DNA from: Antedon mediterranea
Lineage: Eukaryota; Animalia; Echinodermata
Length of the DNA stretch: 64,000 nucleotides
Reading direction: 5' to 3'
NCBI RefSeq assembly: GCF_964355755.1
Contig: NC_092676.1
Coordinates: forward strand, 9,091,888-9,155,887
Position numbers and translations under genes: made by a program. The number at the start of each line of letters is the position of its first letter. The stretch's first letter is position 1. Shown one piece after another: positions 53,001 through 64,000 of this stretch. The notes under the pieces were generated by a model, which had not been told where the DNA came from, did not search any database, and worked only from the letters and a program-made list of their open reading frames with translations.

Positions 53001-55713
53001 TCCATATATGGGCACATCACATTTTTTTACATAAAAGTTGATAGTGTAGACAGAGCTTTAGGCAATACTTTGTGGTTCAACAAAATGTGAATAAATATCA
53101 TTTACGATGGAAATTATGCCTGTAGTATTTTATGGGCTATTTCATGACACCTTCTAGAACTAATAATTTCAGGTATAATGCCTAATTCTGTCCAGCACAA
53201 CAAGATTTATACAAGAGTCATAGACACCATTCCAGTGAACTATATCGTGATTCGATTCGGAAAATATGGATATAAATATAAAAGCCACGTAAAATGTTAA
53301 GATACCTGCTGTTATCCGAGAATTTAATGACGTTGTTATCATTGCTGGTAGCTTGCGTTGACATCACCATCTTGAATAAAGAATGATCTTTTTCTTCTCC
53401 ATCGATTACCATCTTACCCTTAAAAAACCAATGACGACTATGCTCACTAGAAAGAAGACAGAAAGCAAGAAAAAACCATTTGTAGGAATATTTTCAGGAA
53501 TTTCTAAATACAGTAATGAAAGCTGAGAAATGTTGCATAGATGAAAAGAATTTAAGTAAAGAATGGTCTATGTCTTAGGATTATCCATGGTTACAAATAC
53601 TATTTTACTTTATTTTAGGCTAGAAGGCAAATAGACAATGCCACAATTGTTTTTCACCTGTTTTTTTTTTCAGGTATATATTGAGGCAGATGGTATCTTT
53701 GTTCTTTTTGACTGTTTTACTTCATTTACTTTATTTTTACCTCATTTTGATTTAGCTATTTAGCATATTCTATTTATATCTCTATCCAATCACTGATAAA
53801 CTCACAGCATTGCAATACTGTATTTTCAATAATTTAGGTTTGTATTAAAATTAAATAAAGATATTACTTTTAAAAGACAGTAAAGAATGTAAATAAATAT
53901 TCATGACCATCATTCACAGATGGTAAAACTTCATGCGACTAAAACTAAAGTGCTTTGTACCTGTTAGACTGAGCCAAGTCAAAGAGTTCAACACTTGTTG
54001 GATTCCGTTTAACCTTTTCAATAAACATGTTGGTGTAAAAGTCTATGTCCCACGTATCAAAGGCAAGTCCTGCAGTAAAGAATAATACAAAATGTTTATA
54101 ATGCAATATTAATAATAGAAATCTTCATAAACCATTTATTGGTCATGATAAGCTTTGGTTTATAAATTCAATAACAATGAATTCTTAAATGAACAATGTA
54201 TCCACAGACCGATTAAATAATTACTGTACAGTAATATTAACTGGTTACTAGAACACACTTAAAAGAATATGAAATCATGTTGGATGTTAAGCTAAATGTA
54301 ATGTTAAAGACCTATTCCCTACAATTTTTGCCTTGTCTTTTCTGTTTTATGGTAAATTATGATAAAAAGAATGAAACAATACACATGCACAATGCATGTT
54401 ATGATTTATAGAAAGTCTCTAAATGATTAGAATCAACTAATTTTTTAAATTTTTAACAGTTTTAAAGACGAAAAAGTTATCGCATACATATTTATTTTTA
54501 CATTAAATGTAGTTTGTGACCTATAATTAGATCTAAAAACGTAGGAAATGGGACTTTAATCATAATATAATGATATACAGTATCAACACAAAGTTACCTA
54601 TATTAATTTTAAAGTTAAGTTAATAATAGAAAAAACTGAAATAGAATTAAAAAACACAGGAGTTTAACACAGTTCAAAGTTCATCTATACTTGGGGAACA
54701 TGATTGAGAGTACTACAATCACCTAATTCTTTGTTTGCCTTTTCCAGAGCAACTTTCCCTTCACCTATAACATCAATTTCAAAGACTTCTTCTGGTTTAG
54801 CTTTAATTTCAAAGCTGCTGATTGGTTCGTGGTAGCGACATTCCGTCATACGATCGTGAAGTACGGCTACCAGTAGATTCTCTTCCTCGGGGCTGATAGA
54901 CGCAGCAATGCCATGATCGTCGGCTACGTTTATAAGATAGCAAATAGAACGCTCAATACGAGTCACATGGTTGATTCCAGCTGATTGGCAGATTGAGACG
55001 GCATTTGTTGACCAGGCCGTAGAGAATTTCAACCTGTGTGTATAAAAATTAAACTTATTATATCATATACAGTAGATAGTGTAATGTCCATGATATTAAA
55101 TATACAGTCAACATATTCTGCCATGCATGTTTATGCCCACCTTTCTTAATTTATGCCTATTACCTTGTTGAACAACAAAAATTATGACTTTTACTTTTTC
55201 AGATATTACCTACCGAATAACAAAACATACAGTATTATTTATTAATACTTATTCTCAACTGAAACCGACACTAATACTGTACGACTAGAAAAGAAGGGTA
55301 TTTTGTTAATTAAAAAACATTTTCTGACCTAGGCCCAATTTCAATCAGAAGTCCATCAGGTTCTTGATCATCTTCAACTATGATTGACTTGGTCAGCAGG
55401 CTAAATTCTTCAAAAGGGGTACCTAAGATCCATTGTATTTTCTTCTGTTCTTCACCACTGAGGCAATCTATGAAAATAATACACAGTTTAATTGACATTT
55501 TCAAAATAATATTAGTTTGGCAAAACAATTTATTAAAATTTAAATTAGAAAGGAAGAGTACCTACCTCCGTTTACTTCCACATTAAAACAAATTTCCGTT
55601 TTTAAATCTTGCAATTTAGAATTTTCCAACTGCTTTGCTAATTTCTTCCACAAAACATTTGAAGCCCCTGGGAGTAATGCCGGACTTTTATAAAACCGAG
55701 TAATGATAGTCAT
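47028..55713 (-). CDS. PFAS: PFAS copy 3, open frame but with a 4-aa deletion and missense changes; function uncertain
   Basis: ATG at 55713, stop at 47028. ACEAMCEVM>ACEVM near 49985, RLNFST>RLKFST, RSIRYL>RSICYL. The splice sites checked are canonical. Confidence 0.85.
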
Positions 55714-56512
55714 ATTCTTTAAAAAAATAAATTATTAAATATTAGATCTATATTATTTTATATATTATTATTTATTATTATTGATGTTTACACTAAAAAA
55801 GTATAACTATAAAGTATATGACTTATAATAATAATAATAAGCTTTATTTAATCACGGATACTTAACTTCAACTGAAAGTTGTTTTTCAGTAAGACCGTGT
55901 TTAAAGGAAAACACCAACAAAAATAAATGTAAAAAGACCTTAATTACTATCAAAAGAGATAAAAAAAAAAAAACCAATTACAATGAAATAAAATGAAACA
56001 AGGGTACACTTACTAACTATAAAATTAAATAATACACTACAGTACATTTAAATAAAGCTACATGAAATTAGCAGTTAACAGTTTCTTAAAAAGAGAGACA
56101 CTGTTCACATTTTTAATATCTTCATTTAGCTCATTCCTAACCTTGGCACCTCTATATGATAAGCTACGTTTTTGGTTTTGGTACTATTAAATTTGGCTTA
56201 GTTCTAATATTATAGTAATTGTTTTTGATATTGAATTTATTTTTATTAAATATGGAGGTGCAAGGTTGTTCATAATCTTAAACATAACAAAAGCTTCATT
56301 TACATATAATATTTCATCTAAGTTCATCCAATTTAGACTTTGTAGAGCTTGAGTACTAGAGTGATCTGTAATTCGCGTAGCTTCAGAGTCGATGTGGCAA
56401 GGTTAGATGGTGGTTGTTGTACGGTATCACCAAGCACATCAAACGTGTTACTTGAGATTGTGCTAATGCCATTTTGTTTACAGTATAGATTAGGTTTAGA
56501 TACAAACTTTTT

Positions 56513-58439
56513 GGGTATTGCTAAACTGCGCAAACACTGCGCAAACAACAACAAAAGCTGCGCAAACCTCCTTCAAAACAATTATTATTGATTAGAACAC
56601 AACTAGAACTATATAGGGAGACAATTTATGGGAAAAAGAATTTAAAATTCCTTTAAGTTTGCCTTTTTTTGGGTGAAAAACTTCAATTTTTGGGAAAATT
56701 ACTGATTTAACAGCGCAAAGAACAAAAAAAGCTGCGCAAACCTCTTTCAAAACAATTAATATTGATAGAACACAACTAGAACTATATAGTGAGACAATTT
56801 ATGGGGAAAAAAATTGAAATTCCTTTAAGTTTGCCTTTTTTTGGGTGAAAAACTTCAATTTTTGGGAAAATTACTGATTTCACAGCGCAAACAACAAAAA
56901 AAGCTGCGCAAACCTCCTTTAAATCAATTAATATTGATTAGATAACAACTAGAACTATATAGGGAGACAATTTATAGGAAAACAAATTTGAATTTCCTTT
57001 GAGTTTGCCTTTTTTTGGGTGAAAAACTTCAATTTTTGGGAAAATTACCGATTTCACAGCGCAAACCCCCAAAAAAGCTGCGCAAACCTCCTTCAAAACA
57101 ATTAATATTTATAGAACACAACTAGAACTATATAAGGAGACAATTTATGGGGAAAAAATTTGAAATTCCTTTAAGTTTGCCTTTTTTTGGGTGAAAAACT
57201 TCAATTTTTGGGAAAATTACTGATTTCACAGCACAATTTGCCTTTTTTTGGGTTAAAAACTATTAATGTTAAGTAAACTTAAAGGAATTTCAAATTTGTC
57301 TTCCCATAAATTGTCTCCCTATATAGTTTAGTTGTTATCTATCAATATTAATTGATTTAAAGGAGGTTTGCGTAGCTTTTTTTGTTGTTTGCGCTGTGAA
57401 ATCAATAATTTTCCCAAAAATTGAAGTTTTTCACCCAAAAAAAAGAAAACTTAAAGGAGTTTCAAATTTGTTTTCCCATAAATTGTCTCCTTATATAGTT
57501 CTAGTTGTTATCTAATCAATATTAATTGATTTAAAGGAGGTTTGCGCAGCTTTTTTTTTTGGTTTGCGCTGTGAAATCAGTAATTTTCCCAAAAATTGAA
57601 GTTTTTTACCCAAAAAAAGGCAAACTTAAAGGAATTTTAAATTTTTTCCCCATAAATTGTCTCCCTATATAGGTCTAGTTGTGTTTTAATCAATATTAAT
57701 TGATTTAAAGGAGGTTTGCGCAGCTTTTTTTGGAGGTTTGCGCTGTGAAATCAGTAATTTTCCCAAAAATTGAAGTTTTTACCCAAAAAAAGGCAAACTT
57801 AAAGGAATTTTAAATTTTTTCCCCATAAATTGTCTCCCTATATAGGTCTAGTTGTGTTTTAATCAATATTAATTGATTTAAAGGAGGTTTGCGCAGCTTT
57901 TTTTGGAGGTTTGCGCTGTGAAATCAGTAATTTTCCCAAAAATTGAAGTTTTTCACCCAAAAAAAAGAAAACTTAAAGGAATTTCAAATTTGTTTTCCCA
58001 TAAATTGTCTCCTTATATAGTTCTAGTTGTTATCTAATCAATATTAATTGATTTAAAGGAGGTTTGCGCAGCTTTTTTTTTAGGTTTGCGCTGTGAAATC
58101 AGTAATTTTCCCAAAAATTGAAGTTTTTTACCCAAAAAAAGGCAAACTTAAAGGAATTTTAAATTTTTTCCCCATAAATTGTCTCCCTATATAGGTCTAG
58201 TTGTGTTTTAATTAATATTAATTGATTTAAAGGAGGTTTGCGCAGCTTTTTTTGGAGGTTTGCTCTGTGAAATCAGTAATTTTCCCAAAAATTGAAGTTT
58301 TTCACCCAAAAAAAGTCAAACTTAAAGGAATTTTATATTTTTTCCTCATAAATTGTCTCCCTATATAGGTCTAGTTGTGTTTTAATCAATATTAATTTTT
58401 TTTTTTTTTGCGCAGTGTTTGCGCAGTTTAGCAATACCC
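56513..58439. mobile_element. Foldback element, unit 3, with expanded right arm
   Basis: Same termini and TSD. Centre at ~57265, with about 4 left and 6.5 right monomers. Confidence 0.9.
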
Positions 58440-59282
58440 AACTTTTTAGGTAGTTCAAATTCAGGTTCACTTGCAATATTCTGTAAACTAAGAATTTGTT
58501 GCTCAAGAGACCAGTTTCTTTCACTCATTTCTTTAAAAGCTTTACTAAGGTGAACAAAATTTGAATGGATTTCTTGAATTAGTGTAGCTGTTGTTTTAAT
58601 TCAGAAACTTTCTCATCAGTTTGCTTTATTTTCAGCTTTAGTGATGGGATATGGTCCCATTATTTAGGTGTTTGAGTTGAACAATCAATTGCTTTCACAA
58701 ACTCAGAGGATTTACAATTCTGACTGTATTCGTTGAGTGTTATTTCTTCAATTAACGGCGCTGTTCCAATATTTAGCTCGTCTTTTTTTATTTCCTTTCA
58801 TAATCATAGCTTAATTTTCTGAATAGATCAATATTATCAGGAGTCGATGTTTCAAATGCAAGCCTATCAAAATGACTTCTAAGTTCATCATATGCAAAGC
58901 CATAAAAGCTAGAGTTTGTTATATCTAGAATGCTTGGAGCTTTTATATGACCATAGCTAGGCCACTAGTTTTCCATTGTTAGCTTTATTTGAAATTGGGC
59001 GGAAAAAGCTTGTGTACTTACTTGAACAATAGAAAGCTGGTGCATCAATTGTTCTTGCTTGAGCCTAAGATCCTCAACATGAAAAAACACTTAATATCCT
59101 GCTTATAATATTGACTTTGACAATAAAAATTACATCTCCATGTTGAGAAAACAACAGTTTAGACAATTTATCAGTCACTAGCTGGTAGAAAGTTGAAAAC
59201 TAATTTATAGAGAAGATTTTTCAATAGCTTTTTTCAAGAGCTTCTTGGCTTGGCTAAGACTGTCGAAACTGGTTTTAATTAA

Positions 59283-59830
59283 AGATGTATTGTCCCTTTG
59301 ACTAATTCCAAAAAAATAAAAAATAAAAGATTTCAAAAAAAGGTGGGTCATTTTGAAGTATCATAATAGTTATTAACTATCACCAAAAATGTTTCGAAAA
59401 AAAAAAATTTTTAACTGAAATACAGACGTTTTTTTGTTAAAAAAATAACTTTGACTTCCAGTCAAAGTTTTCAATCAAAACATATCCCATAATGAAACGC
59501 GTTTGTTTGGCTACTCTGTATGCATAATCATAAAACTTCCTCATGATCTGTGTGAAAATACCTTCTTAACCGTGACGAGTTGTAAACAATCCTAATTTAG
59601 CATATGCATAATGCGTACTCATGGTTTGAAATCTTTGTTTACTTTCGCTCGTGACGATTTTCCAGATGAAATGTAATCAAACTAATTTACCTGTTAATTA
59701 CGTAAACTTGTTGTTTTTGGCTCAAATTTTCGACTTAAAGTGAATAACTTTAATATTACTTTGATATGGCCACTTTAAATTTAGAATATTTTGACCTTCA
59801 TTTTTTTGTGTTTCAAGGGACAATACATCT
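59283..59830. mobile_element. Non-autonomous DNA transposon with TTAA TSD and AG..CT termini (Kolobok-like)
   Basis: TTAA-AGATGTATTGTCCCTT...AAGGGACAATACATCT-TTAA. The empty site GGTTTTAATTAATTAATTTT is present in the paralogous repeats. Confidence 0.9.
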
Positions 59831-61176
59831 TTAATTAATTTTATCCTAAAAAAGTACAAGATTGCCCATATATTATAGGCTATCTAGGACCAGGTTCTTT
59901 CTATAAATATATGCTAGGCTATATTTATATGTAACTCGGCGTTTACGTCAAAAAAACATGAGCCTGGTTTTTATTTAGTAGGCCTAGCCTAGTCGACAAC
60001 ATCATTCCCGCACTTCCATCGTTCATTTTATAAGTAGTCCGTTCTAAATAAAAGGGCCTACCCTAGGCCTAGCTAGCTAGGCTTACCTGCCCATTAGGCC
60101 TAGCCTAAATTGTAGTCATCAGAAAGAGCACTAATCAAAAAACAGATACACAACAAGTAATCAATGATATATCAATAATTTAACACACAAACAGAAAATG
60201 AAACCAACTTACAGTATGTTTAGAACGGGGCTAAGCTTGCAAACAAATACTGTGTAGGCCTACTACTCTCTCCGCGAGCGTAAACATTATTTAATCCACA
60301 TGTGTTCGGTCATAGAGAAAAGTTTACTTTCTATTGACTATGGTTCGGTACGGTCTGATGATTTTGAAGAGCGCCACCAATAATTTAGTAAGTGAGTCAA
60401 AAGGTTGATACGAAGAATTAATAATGTCATTGAATGATATAATAATTGCATAATAATAAAGTAATACTAATTATAATCGAATGAAGAAATGATACATTTA
60501 TTCTATAATATCATTCGTAATAAAAAATATTTACACAATTACGATTATTGACTCATTTAAAATCATGAACGACGCGAGTTGCGAACCTTTCAATTGATTT
60601 GATTAAAAATGACTATAGGAGGCTCCAAATATCTACGAAATATGTTATCCGAGATACAGAACAAAGAATTTGTAACTTCCAATTGAATATTTTTAATGAC
60701 AGTAAATATGAAAATGTGTTTGTTTATTGGAGTGTGCATATCCATTCAACAGTATCGACTGTAAACATCGTGAGGTGGTTTCCACATTCGTATGATCAAA
60801 CGGTAGCCTACAGGGTATGATCAACTAGCGTTCGTGTTCCCACCTATAATCATCCATTCATAGAAGTACTGATCATAGATATCAATCTGTGGCAACAATA
60901 GAATGGACCCGAGACCTGGCTATCTTCGACTTTAAAATAATAGAAAGTTTTGAAAAATTTGTTTCTAGAAATGTACGTTGTATGATGTATAGGCCTATGT
61001 TTATTAAAAAATTGTTGTAGTTTTCTAAATTACATTGTACAAGTTGCGAAGAGAAAACTGTTATTTGATCGTAAGTTAACGTGTACATAAAGCAAAACTA
61101 TCCATCCATAGGGTCATTTATCTTTTGCTAATTAATCTCCTCTTGCTTGATTGCACTCAAGCAACAATACTACAAT

Positions 61177-62000
61177 TGTAATAGCACAATGGAAGATTAA
61201 AAGATAAACTAAATCACACAGTACAGTCTAAATACTAAAACAACTAAAACAATTCAATACAAAACTTAATTTAAAGTATTAGATCAGGCATCAAGTCTGC
61301 CCAAAATAATGATAAAAGTATGCACATCACTCACCTAAAATAGAGAGCCAATATCCTCATTGAGTGCATGGAGGTATACCACCATGTTGAGTGTAATAAA
61401 AATAACTTCAAAACTTTAAGTGTACAAACTGTACAACGTGTAAATATCACAATCTTCTTTAACTTGAATTGTACTTTAAACTTAGTACTCTTTTAGTATA
61501 CCGTATATAATATATATATATATGTCTTTCAGTACTTTCAAATAGGTTCTCGAACTCAACGTTGTTCGAAATGTAAAAGTATATAAAGTTGAAATTTAAT
61601 TAAAGTTGGAGTGTCCAGCACGTCCGATGGCAAGAGGCAAAGAGAAAGAAATCTCCCAAACATACCCTAATGTCATCCAAAATTGTCAAACAAGGTTTAC
61701 CCCTATTGGTCCATTCTTGTTACTAGGCAAAACTCAAGAGGGGTAAATTGACCGATTGGTCAATTCCCAAATTTAGGACCTCCCATTTAAATAGATAAAC
61801 ATGTAAGAAGATTAAAACAGAACAAAGAGAATTCTTAAAAGGATTAATTAACAAAATGATTAAAACATATGCAGTTCCAAGGAAAAGCAATATAATGCAA
61901 ACATCTTAATGCTATATTGATAAACAATCTTGCCCACCCACTGCACCCAGCTGCATTACATTGTAGGTACATTGGAAAATAATAACATGACAGGGTTACA
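61177..62000 (-). mobile_element. LTR, copy at unit 3/4 (30-bp deletion variant)
   Basis: Same termini and PPT. It lacks the 30-bp segment present at ~21635-21664. Confidence 0.72.
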
Positions 62001-64000
62001 TCCTCCCCTAACTTAAATTGCTACCCCCGGGAGCAAAAACACAAAATATCAAACATTACAAGTAGAGTCACCAGTCAAAGTGGAAAAAAAAAGGATTAAA
62101 ATCGTTTCTGTTTAATTTATCTTGGTGAACAGGAAGTGTGATATAAACTCATTCTGCCTGGACACAATTTCAGTAATATTCACAATAACTTTTTCGTTAT
62201 TAAGTTGATTGCTATAGTCTTGAATTTTTTGAAGAATTATTATAGATTTTTTTGCAACAAAATCTTTCCAGTAGTTCAAAAGTTATGATAAAATATCTAA
62301 TTTTTCTGAGATATCCTTGTGGCTATTCTAATTATTACACATACCCCACTGCTCAAATGCATGTTGGCTATTCCAAACTTGCTGGCTAGTCTGAAGATAG
62401 TACAGTTGGTAGGGATTCTCATAGAGATATTTTCACTATAATATATCTATGGCATTCTCAATGTGTACACATAAGTAATTAAATAATTCCTTGCTGTTGG
62501 AAGTTTATTTTTAATATCAATAAAGTAAATAACAAAATAAAGAATTAGCTATAATTATAACACATTTAAAATGAATGCCTTTTATAATTAGTTACCTAAA
62601 GTAACTTTACTCCACTTTTTTTTACATATAATATAATAATTTATTTGGAAGCTACACTTTTGAAACAGTGGCACACTTCTTGAATGAAGGTGCATCCAGA
62701 GTAAGTAAAATAAATAAATATTATTTAACAATAGGCCTATTAGTACAAGAGTCAACTTATTTGACAAAAGAACGCATTTCAATTAGTCAATTTACATGTT
62801 GAAAAATAATCAAAATATTCATTAAGTACCTAAATATAATTAATAATTAATTTCACTTTAATGTGTTTTTATTATTCTGTGCCTGCTAATTTTTTAGATA
62901 GACAATATAATGAACAAAGAACAGAATCCAATAAACATTAAAGGAAATGAACTAGGCCTACAGACCTATTGTTAATTGTAGACTCCTATGAAAAGAAATT
63001 TGAAGAACAAAAGGCATAATGGGTGGAAACCATTATACAGAATATAATAGATGATATCAGTAATGTGTAAATGTACTGGTGGTGTAAAGAAAGGGTAAAA
63101 CAAAAAGAGATATCTTTTGATTTGTTAAATCTAGGCCAGTAGGTAGGTAGGTCTGTTACCATGTTTGTTTAAAACAATCAGGACAGACGATGGACTCGGA
63201 CAGCCAGGCCCATAAATAAAATAGGGAGAGGCTTAGGCCATTCCTAGACCTAACCGCAAAATAATCAATTAAACTCTTAAAAATCAATCTAACCCCAATA
63301 AACTGAACTTAAATAATCTTTTCTATATCAGTAAAATTGTGCGTGAACTATAGTCAAAACCCGCTAAAAACTGGGGCCTGTCGCGTTGGGCCCAATGTGT
63401 TGGTAGCAGGCTACTTATCCATGTGTGTATTATCGTTGACATTTTCGTTGGAGATTTTCAGTGTAGTTTTGAAAAGAAATGATGTTAGTCTTATACTAAT
63501 ACTAAATTAATTAGATTATTTTACGGAAAATATATTTTTATTAAAATTATAATTTTAATCGCAGAAAATAGATTTTGGAGAGTATAATATAAATAAAAAG
63601 CCTGATTGATAACAAAATAATTGCATCACCTTTTATTTTAACCTTGTGAAATGCGATTGTGTTTTGAAACTATAGGGTGGGTGTTTTCCAATGTTATTTT
63701 TAGTGCGCATATTTTGCTCACCACCGGCATCTGTGCTTATTTTTGAAATACTTAATAATAGATAAAATACATTTTAATATATAATAATATAAAATATATA
63801 TTATATAATATAATTTTATTTATATGAATTTTATTGCGTATTTATTTTAAAATATGCAAATATGCCTCAATTATTAGTGACAAAGGACAAGGAAGCCCGG
63901 GTCAAAAACATATTCACACGTCGTCCACGATAAACACATTTTAAATTTAAAACAAAACATAGTAATTATTGTAATTTTGAATTGGTATAGGTCACATCTT
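61782..64000. repeat. Start of unit 4 (truncated by window end)
   Basis: Matches 1-2219, including variants specific to unit 1. Confidence 0.95.

Larger units (their letters stand above)
41076..61781. repeat. Unit 3 of tandem amplicon (20,706 bp)
   Basis: Colinear near-identical copy with two private insertions (43485-43722 and 59283-59830). Confidence 0.97.

Overview
AT-rich, intron-containing animal DNA, probably an invertebrate (inference). The window is a head-to-tail array of a ~20-21 kb unit. Taking the window start as an arbitrary phase, the units are 1-21430, 21431-41075, 41076-61781 and a partial fourth from 61782. Each complete unit carries a whole minus-strand gene of ~21 coding exons for phosphoribosylformylglycinamidine synthase (PFAS/FGAMS, large PurL). 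Copy 1 has a nonsense codon and a lost splice acceptor. Copy 2 looks intact. Copy 3 has an in-frame 4-aa deletion. The rest of each unit is nested transposon debris: a Gypsy integrase remnant, an LTR with polypurine tract, a Tx1/L1-like LINE 3' end, an internally deleted CR1/L2-like LINE, MITEs and tRNA-derived sequences. A foldback element built from ~173-bp subrepeats (8-bp TSD) interrupts that LINE. Units differ in foldback arm length, in copy number of an 896-bp sub-repeat (3/2/1) and in private insertions, including a TTAA-TSD Kolobok-like element. Unit 4 matches unit 1 at diagnostic sites, hinting at a higher-order repeat. All calls come from manual reading and translation; no database search was run.
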